This document shows, in pieces, positions 15,001 through 30,000 of a stretch of 64,000 bases of DNA. The translations under genes and the position numbers were made by a program. Source of the stretch: an uncultured Planctomycetales bacterium (GTDB lineage: Bacteria; Omnitrophota; Gorgyraeia; Zapsychrales; JANLHA01). The notes beneath the pieces are model-generated. The model had not been told where the DNA came from, did no database searches, and was given only the letters and a program-made list of their open reading frames with translations. Position 1 is the first letter of the stretch. Each line of letters opens with the position of its first letter. The stretch covers positions 71,743-135,742 of the forward strand of contig CAYJXI010000001.1 of assembly GCA_964374105.1 (NCBI GenBank). Reading direction: 5' to 3'.

Positions 15001-18000
15001 TCTTTGACTAAGGATGAAGTGGGGGCCTTGCAGAAACTTCTTAAGGAAGCCAAAAATAATCCTGATCCCGAGGACCAGGAGGCCTACCGCATTGTTTACG
15101 AATATTATGAGAAGATTTTACGCCAGCCTTTCCCAGGGATTAGACGAATGATTGAAACCGATAAGGGATCAATTCGCTTTGAACTTTATCAGATGGAAGG
15201 CGCTTTCTTTTTAGCCGATCGTCTCTATGCCATTTTGGCAGATGATCCAGGATTAGGAAAAACCGCCCAAGCCATAGCCGCGATTCTTTCAATTCTTCGA
15301 AAACGAACCGATCATCCCAATATTGCCCTGATTGTTGTTCCTGGATCTGCTAAAGAGGTCTGGAAAAATGAAATCAATAAATGGACAATTGGGGTTCATG
15401 ATATCCTGATCATTGATGATAGAGGTGGACGTGGGCGACTTTACCGTAAAGGAGAAAAGGTTCAGACAACGAATCTTAAAGATTGGTTTGAGTTATTTGA
15501 GAAATCGCCGCCGCAGGAAGTGCCGTTTGTCATTGTGACATATGATCGTCTGAAAGGAAACTTTAAACCGCTGTGGAGATATTTAAAGAAGATCACACCC
15601 CTATCCACACCGGAGATTGATCAGTTTAAGATGGAATATCAACGTTATGATAAACAATGGTCACAGGATAAGCTCTATACCACCCTCCTTGACTTAATCC
15701 CCGAAGAACAAAGAGATGAGTTTCAAAAAGAACTTTACATCAAGGTCAACCGGGCCTTTGGTACCTTTGAATCCATCAGAAACTTAAAGGCCGATGTTAT
15801 TATCTTGGATGAGGCCCACCGCTTACGAAATGATGAATCCATTCAATCAAAAGCTCTGCAGGATCTAGGGGATGAGGCCCGTAAGATCCTTGTTACGGCA
15901 ACCCCGCTGGTAGGACGACGGCCGGAACGAATCTGGCCGCTCCTCCATTGGCTTGATCCAAACAAATACAATTCGCTTGAGAAGTTTATGACCGAATTTC
16001 CTAATAACGTAAAGGGTAAATGGGACCTTTATCTCCATCTGCAAGACGTCTTGATCAGAAGAAAGAAATCCGAGGTTTTGGAGGGTGTTCTTCCTCCGAT
16101 CACACCTCTTGAACACCAGGTCAATTTTGATGACGATGAAGATGCCTTTACCTATTTACGGTTGGAGGAAGAGTTTGGCGAATGGTTAGAAGAAGTCAGA
16201 CATTTAACCGGAACATATCCCGGTGCCAATCATGTCTTTACTAGGCTATTAACTTTAGTTAGGTTTACTTCCGGATTACGTTTTGTTGACGGGCAGTGGA
16301 AATTAAAAGAGAATGCTCCAAAACTCAGAGAGTTGGATCAACTGATCGATTCGATCCGCAGTCAAGGAGAAAAGGTTGTTATCTTCACCAGATTTGTTGA
16401 AATCGCCAAGACCTTAAGGAAACGATTCAGCGAACGGTTTGGCGAAGAATCGGTGAGTTTCATGGATGGCAGCGTTCCTCAGAAGAAGCGAGATCAGGAA
16501 ATCAAACAATTCCAAAACAATCCGCAGCGCCGATTCTTCGTTGCCACCTATGGGACCGGAGGAGAGGCGATCACCTTAACTGCCGCCAATCATGTCATCC
16601 TCTATGATTTAGAGTGGGCTGAACCCGAACAACCGATCAATAGGGTTCATCGTCTCGGTCAAACCAAAAATGTTTATGTCCATTATCTTATAATGATCGA
16701 CACGATCGATCAATATATCCTTCAACTCCATTATGCCAAACGAACCACCTTCGAACAGGTATTGGAAGGGTGGCTGCCTCCGGAAGAATTCGAAGAAGAT
16801 ATTGCCGCGATGATCATTGAACATTACCGGTCTAGTGGTGAGGCATCCGAGGAAGGAGCACCCGGTGTGGGTGCTCCCTTTGCTATGTTGCCCAAATGGC
16901 GAAGGTGGTATAACCGTTTAGTCAAATTCAAACTCGGCTGGGTGATTACCCTTTTGGCAGCTCCGATTTGGGAAGAATACAAGCGCCGTAAGTACGGCAT
17001 CACCTTTGAGGAATTTGCCGAGATGCACGATATCATTTATTTGAAGAAAGAACGGCGCTGGGTGTCGGCAATGTATGAGCATCTTGAGGCGATTCGCCTC
17101 ATGGCCTTGCAGACCGATGGGATTTATCTTAAAGCAGCCCAGTCCGGCCGCTGGGTCGGTTTACTTGCCGCTATCTGGGAGCATATGAAGTATAACTTCA
17201 GTGTCTACCGCGGCCTCAACGATGTCTTTGCCATGGCCCAAGAAAAGAAGGAAGATCCAGATGAAAAGATGAAAGAAAAAATTAAGATGATTCTGATGGA
17301 GACCTTTAGAGGGAAGCAATTCGATCGGTTAAAATCGACCGTACAAAACAGGATCTTGGATGAATTAACTGAGAATTTATTCGCCTTCTTTAAGACCTAT
17401 ACCCCGGATGAGGAAGGAATGTACCGTGCAGCGTCTTATGTCTTGAAACCCAGGAAAGGCCCGGTGATGGGGATTGATTTAACCGAACAAAGTCGAGTGG
17501 CGGGTCAAGTCAGAAGAGAATTACGAAAAGTCATTAAGAGAAAGGAGATTGAGATTACTCCCACCCATGTTGATTTGATAACCAGAAAACTCCTGCATCT
17601 TTTTACCAAGCCGAGAAAAGAACTCAAGAAAGAACCTTCCCCGATTAATATAGAAGTTATTACCGCTGATAATTTAGCGGAAACACTTAAAGAGGTCTTG
17701 GGTCAATTAGAATCTGAAGAAGGGCCAGAGTTCAAGCAGGCCAAGGAAAAGCAGTCGAAGCTGGCGGATGAATTTTATAGATTACTGAAAGAGCATCCTG
17801 AAGAAATATCAGGATTCAAGGTCTTTGCGGAAGAGCTCCTTAGTGTTGAAAATCCCAAACCAGGAGTTAGAGAAGAGATCGAGGCCAGAATGAGATTTCT
17901 CTTGACCGACCTTGCTTCGGAATTCTTACGTTATTATCTATTTTCTTTCGGTAACGAAGATCAATTGGCGCGGGTCAGATATGCCATTGTCAAGATTTTT

Positions 18001-21000
18001 GAAAGGAAACCGCCTTTGGCTTTCATGTACATCAATAGCAAAGGTTCTAGGCTCTCGGATGAGAATAAGCAAGAACTTGAGGAAGTGTTTAGCGGGCTGG
18101 CTGAACTTCTTAATCGTGCCGAAAAAGGAGATGCAATTGCAGTCCCGCTCGTTATGATTTTAGCCAGATTCGTTGCTTACACGGATGCTTTAAGTCTTAG
18201 TCCTCAGCCGATTTTTTATCTTAATGTGTCAGAGGAGATCAGGGAAACGCGACGAAATCCCTTTGTTGTACTTATGGCGGGAGTCACAAGTCTTGCGTTT
18301 TTATCTTCCTTGGCGCAAAGAAAATCTAAACAACTCGGCCGCGACCTGATTATTGTTGATCGCTCGATGTTTGTTGTCGAGTATCTTAAGACTGTGGTCG
18401 AAGAATTGGGCCTGAAACGGGTTAAGGTCATCCGTGCCGAAGTCGCAGATCTGAAAAAATATCCAGAATTCCAAAAGGGAAAGATCGGGGTGATCCGAAT
18501 TAAAGAACCATTGATGAGAGGGGAAGATTACGAATGGTTTAAGACCTTGACGGATATGGTGACCCCGGGCGGGAAAATTATTATCTCAAAATTCCCAGAG
18601 ATTTCGATTAGATCCCCGGAATCTTTCGATATCGACTCGATTAGTTTGAGGAAACCTACCTTTATCTTTTTGGATGCTAATATCGTAGAAGGATTATATC
18701 TAGGGTTTGTTAAGGCAGAGGAACCCCGATGGATGCTAGAGAAATATGGATACTATGATAAGGATCATCAATTTGTAGAGAAGATGAGCGGATATTATGA
18801 TGAAGAAAAGCAAACCTATGTTGAGACTTTCTTTATCTTTACCAAGCTCACCAGAAAGGCAGAAAAGAAACAAGAGCTGAGAGAGGCGCCTCCAGCGCTG
18901 GCAGTTCAAACAGCTGAGACAACTGTTCCCCAAGGGGTTGAGGAAATCCCGGCTGTTCCTACCAAGAAAGAGTCTTACGAGTTATTACAAGAAGAGAAGC
19001 AAAAGCTAGCCGAAGATATTGAAGAGATATTGAGTCAATTGATCAAGGAATATGAATCCATCCGAGATTTAACGATCATAAGAGATTTAGGTAGGAAGGA
19101 AGGTGTTGTTTGGGTGGAATTATTAACACAGTCCTTATTTAGCTTTTATCAAGATCAACGCAATATTCGTCTGGCGATTGAACGATTGATCCGAAATAAT
19201 CCTTGGCTTAAGAGTTCCTTGGAAGATACCCAAGTAATAAAAATCTTTGAAGCCCTTATTGGATTGATCCAAAAATTACAGGATAAACCCAAAGTCAATC
19301 CTTCGACTTCGTTTAGAATTGGCCCTGAGCCCCATCTCGGCGGGGTCGAATGGGTCAAAGAATTATTGGAAAAATCAGCCCGGTATTCTGCGATTGATAA
19401 AGCCTGGGAATTAAAACAATCCGGTGTAATTCCCTATGTTGTTCCGATAAGAGAATCAGTCCACACTAAGGGATATCCTTATGTTGAATTCTTGACGAAT
19501 TTAAAAGATTTCCAGGGTCTGTCCTCCCTAAAAGAAGTTGAGCGAGAGGTGATCTTCCTTGTAGATTCTCTCTTTACCGCCGCCTTCCTCAATAAAGCCA
19601 GTGAGGTTCTGGGAATATCCAATGCCAAAGCCCTTGAGGTTAAGCAAAATCTCCTTCAGTCGGAGGAGTTAAGCCAGGGGATTGGGACATTGCACTTAAA
19701 CAATCTAGATCAATTGCAGTTCATTGATCAATATCAGGAATTGGGGGAAGATTGGTATCGAAATCTCATTGAACGGGTTGTGGAAGGGGGAGAGGTCCTA
19801 TTCAGTGAACCGGTCACTCAAGAGAAATCGAGGGACATAACCTCTGGGGATATTCAAAAGAAACTTAACCCATCCATTCCCACCCCCAATGACAAAATAT
19901 TTATTGAGCTTTCTCAGAGAAGCCAAGAAAAATCCGAATGGAATTTAGAAGTCGGGTATATCAATCTTAAGGGTAAATTCATGCGCAATAAAACCGGATA
20001 TGTCATGCGAGGCTCAACGCGAATGGATACGGTCTACATCTTTGTACGGACTCTGACTCAGGAAGCAAAAGTTGCTAAAGCCAAAACCAAGATGATCACT
20101 GTAAAACTCTCCAATCGATTAAAAATATTTAATAATAATGAGGCCGTTTTAAGGGTGGGGGGGCAGACTATCAGAGATGTTACAGGAAATTTTCCCAACG
20201 AATTACTTAAGAAGATTATTGCAAATAATCAGCTTTCCGATCGCATTTTGATCTATATCAATGATACGAGGAAGGTAAGGCCAACCGAGATGAATTCAAT
20301 TCTTCAAGATCAGGATCAGTTGGTCATCATTTTATTACCGTCTGCAGATAAGAAGAAGGAAGCGGTAGAGAAATTTGAAAACCGGCCTTGGCTTCCTTTC
20401 ACGATCCAATTCTCAAAGAACTTTTTAAGGGATGTCAAACGAAGCGGGAAATTGATTGATCCCCGATTCTGGAAGTGGCTCTATAGTTTCTTAGAATTTT
20501 ATCAACAATTTTATCAAGAACCCAGAGACAAAGCCGAGAAGCATTTCTTAAGGGCCCTCAAAGGCAAAGGTACTAAGGCTGATACCCGCGTCTATCCACA
20601 TGTGTGGCATGACGATAATTATCGGCTTTACTTTGACTTCTTGTTTAAGGTAGAGAATAAGATCAGTGTCATCGATGGAATCAGGCTCTTTGCCTTCCGG
20701 CTTAAAGACTTCAGCGAAGACAATCCGGTATTTTACAAGGCCTTGGAGAGCTATTCAGCCGACAGTGAAGTCATAACCAGGATCATTGATGTCGAGAATC
20801 TGCTTAACCGGCTTTATAACAATAAGAATATTCAGTTGATTGCTGACTTAAGTCAGGAAATGAATTTGGCGAGTTTAGAGCAGGAGTTCTTCACCCCCGT
20901 TAAGAAGGCTTCCTCCTTAAATGATTTATCTGCGGCCTTTGATCAACTGATTATCGAACGCACCAGCGACTATGATGTCCCCACCTTCCAAGGAGCAACG

Positions 21001-24000
21001 ACCAAGGCCGGTTTGATTGAGATGTTGGCGGAGTTAAGTCTTGATTTATTCTTGGAAGAACCGGGACTCAAAGACCAGGCCCTTTATGATTCTTCCTCCC
21101 ATATTCTTTATGAACGAATTGGCAATAACGATCCTCGTAAAGAGACAAATATTCGCCGAGTGATCGCCTCCTGGTTGTATGCAAAGGGGCGCATCATCGA
21201 GTTGATCAAGACTCAGTTTACTTTAGCCAATCTGGATATGGTAGGTTTAGGCCGGGTGATTGGTCAGTATGGATTCATCTTAAGTATCGAAGAGGTCAAA
21301 GAGGTAGCGAGCCGCGGAATCATAGAGTGGTTAAGATCCTTTGTGGGGATGGATAGTCTAGGAGATTTGCAAGAATGGGCTACCTACATCAAGGAGGAAT
21401 TAAGAACCGGATTGGTTGAGGTCATTGAGCATGCCTTGGATAATGTTGCTTTGGCGGCGGCCAACGAAGAGTTGCTAGCCAAGGCAAATTCCGAAAGCCT
21501 CTTCTTTAAAAATTTTATTATCTTAGAACTTTTGAGTATAGCTTCCTACCTTGAAAGACAAGCAGTACATGTGGCTCCGGGGGTCGAAGAATTATCACGA
21601 TTAGTGAAAACAATCCTCCTGGGAGAAGCAAGTCTTAAGGCGTGGGCAAAAGAAAGACTTATAGGCGTGGATAAGGCATTTTACAGCTTTATTAGAAGAT
21701 TATTAGAATTGTTAGTTTCCGTGAATCCCAATTGGCAGGAAGTGATTGACCTTCAATTGTTGTTCGAAGAAGAGAAAAAAGATCAAGATCGCGAAGGCAC
21801 CCCACCTAGCCCAGAACCCCCGGCCCTGATGGCAAAATGGAAGGAAAAATTACAACTCGCTATCAGGGAAGAAAGACTCGTAAGGTTCCTTGAAGAAGTT
21901 GCTCTGATTGAGGAAACCGAAAGGACAGTGCACTACACCCGCGCCCCACCTAGGGAATTTGTGAAAGCTCATGAGGAAGTTTATGATATTAAAGAAAACA
22001 TCTGGCGTAAACCAACCTCAGAAGAACTCCAAGCCCTCCGTCAATTGGCCCGCTTAACCGATCGTGCTTACTATTCCACATATGTGAAGGGTCGGGGAGT
22101 TTCTCCCCGACCCTTCATCCCGAGGAACGAAGTGACGAGGGATCTCATGAGATCCCTCAGCCCTTTGGGCTTCGGGATGACCAGTCGGGGAATAAAGCAA
22201 AAAACTCCCCGACTGGTCACATATGTAGATGTCTTATTGCAATCAATCCATGATTATCAAAAGGCCCGCTTGGCTGGGATTAAGGCAGCCGCTTTAATTC
22301 ATCATGAATACAACCTAAGAGTCCTTAAAGAAGGTGGGATCTTGGCTGCGATAGCAAATAGCGGATGGGAATCTTTATTTACCAATCTCGAAGGCAAGCC
22401 ACTCAAAGTTTTAGATAAGGATCGTAAAGAGGGGATGCAATCTTCGATTGAGGTCCATCGATTCAGATTAGAAAAATTGATTCGGAATGCCGACCTACTG
22501 AAAGAGAAAGAAGAACCCAAAGCTTATTATATGAGGGATATCCCGGGATTTGATTTTGTCTTCTATGCCCTGGAAGGCGATTTGATCATCCTTGAATTAA
22601 GGGAAGGACAGAAGGCTGCCATTTATTCTTCTGACCACTGGGATTGCCAGTCCTGTTCATTTACCGCAGAAACACAAGAGGGGAAAACTGTGATCGGCCA
22701 TGCTCATATCGTTCAGATGTCCCAGGAGGGTCATGATCAATATGAACAGTACCGGGCCCTTCTTAGGTTCCTTAAAGCTCAAGAAAATGGATTTAGGAAT
22801 ATAAGGATGTTTTCTGCTATGGATAATCGTTCGATTGAGGATGGGAAAGAACATTTTCTGTCACGACTTTTTAAGATCAGTGGATTCCCCAAGGGAATGA
22901 CAATACCACAATTAGAGAAGGAAATTCAACAGGAGGGAATAACAGTCCTTCCAACATTTATCCGTCAGGGATTAGAAGCCTCTCTCAGAGGAAAGGAATC
23001 AGAGACGGATACGCTTCTGACACCAGAAAGTGTTTATGTCAAAACCACATTTGAAGATTCCGAAGAAGAAGGCGAGGTCTTCAGGATGGATTGGGAAGGA
23101 TCCACAAGTGAGAGGGAAGAGTTCTATTTCAGTGACCTTAAACTCAAAGATAAACAGCAAGGGACTTCTCCCCATCAGGCCCTAACGTCCGCTATGTTAC
23201 CCAATTGGCACCGGGTACATACATTAATGTCCTTGGTTGGTTTGGATTGGATTGTTGAAGAATATTTTGCTCCACTGATTGAAGAGTTTAAGAAGTTGTA
23301 TTCTGGCATGTCAGCTGATGAATTCGCCTTATTGCATAAGAAGGTTTATGTCCCGAGGGAAAGACAATGGAGACAACCAACTTTAAGAGAGCTTAAACAA
23401 CTCGAAGATGTTGCTTTTGATGCTGACCGGGCATTCTCCGAGAATTATTTAAGTATTCTCAACCGTTTGACGCCGGTTACGATGGGAATGGCGGTTAAGA
23501 ACGGTCGATTGATTTCCGTTGCATTAAGAACGACCCGTCCGTTTGTGGAGGTATTGATAAAGTCAATCGCTTGGATTGTTGGCTGGTGGGCGGCCTTTAA
23601 GATTCATCGGGAGCACAATCGCCAAGTGGCTAGGGGCATCAAAGAGGGAGTCCTCGCCATGGCCGAAGGGATCAATGATATTGAGGATCTTAAGAAACGA
23701 ATTGAAGAGAAGATTAAAGACAAGAAACTCGAAGGGATAAGTAGCAAAGAACTGACCGAAGACCGACTGAAAGCCCTCAGTCAAGCTAAAACACTTGCGC
23801 AAAAAGATCTTCCTGGTAAAGTGCAGAGTATTTTCAAGAATCAACAGCTTGGGCCCACTGCTAAATTGACTACTAAACAAGCTGCTCCCATTGCCCAGGT
23901 CTTGATTGAATTGAAAATGATGGCCGAAAAGGCCAAACAGGCCAAGCAGGCATTACTCGTTGATCCTTTGAGTCCTTCTTTTGAACCTTTACGTTGGACT

Positions 24001-27000
24001 CAAGAGGTCTATTTCAAGGCCGTTAAGGAAATCGATCCGCCTTTCATTGCCGGAACGTTGAAGGGAAGAGAGATGACCGCATGGCTTAAGAAACTCTTTG
24101 ATCCCTTTGGCGTAGATTTGGGAATCGAAAATATCTTAAAGCCGGATGAGTTCGTAACCCCAGAATATAATAATGATATTCAGCGAATCTTAAGACTCAA
24201 GGCCTTTATTCCGAAGAATTTCATTATTGAGCAATCACCTTTTGCCCCGAATGAAGTCATTGTTGCTGAAATCATCCCACAATTGACTGAATATGTATCT
24301 TCCGATGGATCAGGGGTGAATCGGCAGATTCCGGTTTATACCATTCGTGTCCATCAAGGAAGAATGGAAGCTGGAATCGGCAGCAGGGATTATATCTTAT
24401 TAGGTGAAGATCAAAAAATTGATCTGGATCATGTCAAAAATGGTCAAGAATTTCGACGAAAATATCAACGAAGACAGTTCCCGCCCTTCAATGTATTAAG
24501 TCTTGAATTTATGACAACTTGGATTCTTGCTCATTCCTTAGGAGAAGATGATGTACCGGCAGGTTTAAAGAAGCTTCGCTTAGAGACGATTGTGGAGGAA
24601 ATCGGTCATTCCGACTCTCAATATTTCGCTGAGGAACGTCTAGGGTATTGGATCAGAAGAATTCATCCGCAAGAAGTCGTTGAATTGATGAGACTCCTCG
24701 TGAGGCCCGGCCAGGAGATTGCTAATATCTTGAATAAACAATATCCTGATCCCATTGACCTTTATTTGAGGGCAGAGGCCTTTGAAGAGTTTGAAGCCAA
24801 GTTAAGGGCAATGATTCTCTCCCCCTCACCTTCCTATACGGCTATTGAGTTTTTGACCGGAGGTCTGTATACACAACTTATCTCCTCATTTGGAGAACAA
24901 CCCCATTACCTCATTGCTTATGCACTTCTTTTGGCATCTTTCGCTAAAGAATTCATGGGTCGTGAGACAGTGAAACCCCAGGATTGGATTCCTTATTTAT
25001 CTGTTCAGTTGTTTGGAAATACAACGGGTCGAGTCTCGGATCTTCCTGATTGGGAAGGTGCCAGTGAGTTGATACAAAGATTTGATGCACTCTTAAGGCA
25101 GAAAGCCAAGGTGATTTATGATCGGGACTTCTTTACCAAAGAAGAACGCTTAAGGTTGTTAAGTTCCTCCCCAGCGGATCCTAAGCAAAACGAAGAACTA
25201 TCAACAAATCCCGCTGATCAAGCAAAGGATCATCATACAAAGGATGGCGGATATACCGATATGGATCGCAAAGAGGCCTTGAAACAACTTAAGCTTTATC
25301 AGAGCTTGGGGGCCATCCGGTCATTGAATGACTCCAGGGTGAAACATGCGCTTAAAGAGGCTTACCATTATGTCAAAGATACCCTCAAGGTCAATTTGAA
25401 ACGCGGTCCTCCCTCGATTTTTGTTATTAAAACAGACAAGATCACTTTTGGTGCTATCTATATAGAAAAAGACAATGAACTCTTCATCGAACGACCCCTC
25501 CTTAAAGAGAAACTCCGTGTCAAAGAATATCAAATCGCCCTGACCCGTGTCTTTGTGCACGAGCTTAATAACAAGACCCACCGCGAAAATGTTGAAGTTG
25601 AAACTTGGTATGAGATGGATAAACGATCCTCTGTTTTAGAAGAACATCTAATGAGGATCTTCAAAGTAGACTTCGAGGAAATGGCTCACTATGAAATCCT
25701 GGGAAGAACATGGCGATTTATTGTAACAAAATCCTTTGTCAGAATTGGGCGGTTCTTCTTTATCACTCATGATGATTACAAATCGCTAGGCAGAGAGATC
25801 AAGCAAAATTATTCCGATTTGTTAATTCAATATCATTTTGTCAGATCTCAAGGGAAAGTGTTGTCTGTCGGTTACCATCCCCACACCATGATAGCGATCA
25901 TGGCCTTACAATCTTTGGCTGGGATTATCAAAGGTCATACCATTCTCGATGGCGGGACCGGGGAAAATGCGGTATTAGCGATTGTGGCCTCGCGATTAGG
26001 GGCTCAAGAGGTGATAGCGGTAGATAATATTGATATCAATCTTGCGGGGGCCCAAGAGAATATTCGTCGTAATGGTATTAAAAATATCCGAGTCGTTCAT
26101 TCAGATTTATCAAAGGTTAAAGAAGAAGATTTTGAACTCATTGACATTGTCATGACGAATTTTCCTTGGGCCGGGAAAGTGGAGACCGAAGATGTTGAAT
26201 TCAATATAAATGATCTCTTGATGTCTCAATTGATAAACGCTAAACACTTCCTGTTTTTCGGTCTCCGTGATGATGTGTATGCGAAAGAACTGAAAGAAGA
26301 AATCCGCCGTTACCATCTGCCTCCAGGTTTAGAGAAAACTAGTGAAATTCGATTACCTGATCTCAAAGAGGGGCTACCGGATTACCTTGCCTTTATCGTT
26401 GAACGAGAAGTTTCACAACCCTTCCAAGCCCCGATGCGCCGGGATCATCCGCGTTATAAAGGATTTATCAGTTATCAGAGCATCATCACTCTCATTGATT
26501 ATTTAAAGAAGAATGGCCGGGCTCTCAAAGTCCTCGATTCCGACACAACCCTTCTGGCCGATCGAGAAATCCTCAAGGCCATCAGTTCTTTAGACTATCT
26601 TAAAGATTTGTTGAATCAGGCTCGTTCAGTTTTAGATCATTTGGATCGTAACTATGTCAATTCTTTAAAAGAAGTCCTTAGCGGGGTGCAAATTGCGGTT
26701 GGTTTATTGGATGGATCTGATTATCTTGTTGAGGTCTATAAAGGCGATGAGGAATACCTGGCCTTGATTGGGATTAACCGCTCCTTTGTTGAGGCCTTGC
26801 GGGATGGCTGGATTTTGCCTTTGACATTTGAAATCGCCTTGGCCGTATCTATCTTCCATGAATTGGGCCATCTTGTTAATGAAGAAGAGACAGAAGAAGA
26901 TCGAACGATCCGAGATCTGCTGTTGACCTTTGAATTATTTGAGATACGTTTGGCTGAGCAAAAGGCACGTGTCCACGCCATGAATGCTTATGTTGGCGAG

Positions 27001-30000
27001 CTTTCTGGCTTGGTAGAAAAAGAAGGATATCTTGACATTTATATTGAAGAATTGAAAAGAGCTAATATTTATCTCTACGACAGTTCTCTTGTCTCGGCAG
27101 GGTTTAGTTCCAGCATAAAACAGAAAGGGCTTAAACAGATTGAGAAACTTTGGGAAGGAAGGGTCGTGGAGATTGTTAAATACTTAAGATCGAACAGCCA
27201 GCAGTTTGGCAAAACCGCTTCCCAGAATTTTATCCGAGGATATTTAGGTGCCTACCGATATATTGAGAAACGTTATCCGGAATTTTATCACTTAGAAAAG
27301 TGGATCCGACTTGTCAAAGGGAACCGAAACCTCGTTGAATGGAGAATGTACAAGAGTCGGGTGATACTGACGATCGATGCGACTTTATTACAAACCCGAC
27401 CACTTTTGGAATTGGAAGTGGCTGAGGTCTTGCGTAAGGTAGCCAGCCGTGCGGTGTATGGCAAAGAATTTATCCCGGTCGTTGAGGCCATTGAAGAAGT
27501 TGAAACGGATCTTGAAAAGGTTGATTACTTCCGCAATATGCCGATTGAGGATCAAGCCGAGGTCTTGAGTGTACTTATGAATAAACGCAATGCCATGGAT
27601 ATTGCTGGGTTCCATGAAGTCTTAATCCGCAGCTATGTCCGTTCATCGGTGGATAAGCAAAAATTAGATTCGATTATCGATCTGTTAAGACAAAATTACC
27701 ACCATGTCATCAAGGAAGATCAGATTAGAAAATTATTGATCCTTATGACTCAACCTCAGGATGCCATTGAGGAGATTTATCAATACGGAAAGAAAGCAGG
27801 GGTTTACCGTGAATCCATTCATAGAGAATACGTTGTTGGGTTTGCACAAGAATTACGAAATCTTGGGTTTGGCGGTGTTGAGCGCCTGCCAGAGGAAATC
27901 GGGAATCTCCGGCACGCGATTATCCTGATGGTTAATTGGCTTAAACCAAGAGTCTTGACCAGAATGCAAGATCATAACCTTGCCCCCTTGCTTGTAGCTA
28001 TCAATGGAACTGCGGCCAGCGGCAAAACCTTTTTCAGTAAGGAAATCAAACGCAAACTCCTCGCTCAAGGGTTAGGTTTGCGGGAAGAAGATATTGAGAT
28101 TATTGAATTGGACGATTTCCTCTTACCCAAAGAGCAAAGAAAATCCGGAGATGTTTTAGATGCCTATGAACTGAGGAGATTTTACGAAACGATAAGATCT
28201 CTAGCCAGAGGCAAGTCTGTGTCAATCCCGCAATTCGATCAAGGGACTCGCAAGAGAAAGACAACCCCCGATGGGAAGGAATTGTTGCACGTTATTCCAT
28301 CGGGCAAGAAGGTTGTTATTGTGGAAGGGATTCTTATCTTATTGAACCGAGCCGTGAATAGGCGTTTCGATCTAAAAGTTTTCTTAGATGCTGATCCCGA
28401 TGAAAGGGTTCGCCGAGAACTTTATCGCAAATGGAATGAAGGCCGTTACGCCACGATCACCGATTGGGCTATGGCCGAACGTGCCCTGCAGAAGGAGCTC
28501 AACGAAAATCAACCTTATATTTACACCCTTAAAGAAGAGGCGGACATTTATGTCTTAAACAATGAATTGTGGTTCCACAAGGGTATTCAGAATGAGCCAG
28601 AAAAACTTGTAAAGGATCTTGAGGAATTGGTTCAAGAATTCAAATCATACATAGAACGCAGCAATGGCCGGGTGGTTTGGAGGGATTGGGAATTTATTCA
28701 AGGTATCGGTGTATACGAATTCAATGAGAGTATCGCCACACCTCTCTTACAACAATTGGTTTATAATCCAAACAAAGAGGTCAGAAGAGCCATTTACCTA
28801 TTTCTCTTGGATTATTACCGAAGAGATAGACTAGAGGAAGTTGGAACGATTATAACAAAGATCTTCCCCGAGGCCATCAGTATTATTGCTCAAGATGTGG
28901 TCAATGACTACAAGGCCCATATGGAAGAATCTGTTGTTAAAGCCCCCATTTTAGTGGGGGTGTCTGGGTTCTCCTATAGCGGGTATCTGACCTTTGCCTT
29001 AGGACTTAAGGACGAATTGGTTAAAAAGCATAAATTCAGTCCCGAAGCAATCGCTATTATGGAGCAGAAGGATTTTACTATTTCTAAGGGTGAACGCAAG
29101 CGAGGCAGTGTCCTTTATAAATTCAGATTACATGAATTCATTCGAGCAGCCCTTAGCCTCCTTTCCCGTAAGAGCAAACTTGTTTACAGGCCGTTTGATC
29201 TTAATAAGGGAAGACTAATTCCCAAGGCTTGGACTCGGTCAAGGATTACGATTGATCCCTATAAAGTCAAAATTGTGATTGTGGTGGGGAACTTGGCCCT
29301 TCACGATGAACGCTTAAGAAAGAATTATGTGGCGCGTGTTTACGTTGAGGCACCTCGCTATGAACGGTTAAGAAGAATTCTTCTGATGCATCAAAAGGGA
29401 GAGATTTACAGTTATATCAAAGATCCTCGGGACATGATCACCAAATTCAAGGCCTGGGAGAGGACCGAGGAATTGGATTATATTGTTAAACAAAAGGTTT
29501 ATGCCGAGCTTATTGCCGATAATACCGAAGGGGGCTTAAAAGAAGATCAAGTGAAAGGACCTTTTAGGTTTAAAGACACCAATGAGCTTGTTGCTTATTT
29601 ACAAGAGATCAAATTACCTCTTCGAGTTTATCGAAATGAACAAGGCGGGGTAACCGAGATTGAAATTGTGGGGGTCACCCCTGTCTTAGAAGAGGCTTCG
29701 GCTCGAATTCTCATTGAAGAATTGATGAATAATCCCAACGCTGATATTTGGAAGCACATTACCTCGGTCTTTGATCAAGTGGATGTCCGACCCCACAAGA
29801 AAGGAGCTAAACGCACCCCGCCCCAGGATGCATCCGCAAAAGGTAAGAGCCATAAGCAGATTATTAGAGAAGTCAACGAGCAAGGTGGGATTAAGGCGAT
29901 TATCCGGAATTTCGGCGGAGAAATCAGCCGTAGTGAAGTGATGAGGACTTATGGGATCAGCCCAAAGATGATTGATCGACTGGCCGAAAATGTTCGATTC

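Noticed and set aside
22078-22226. Integron attC site or CRISPR repeat as the identity of the palindromic element and the GGTGACAGTCACC motifs
   Set aside because: There is no regular repeat-spacer periodicity, so it is not a CRISPR array. There are no canonical attC R''/L''-L'/R' (GTTRRRY) core sites and no integrase gene in the window. A MITE or REP-like element remains the better description.
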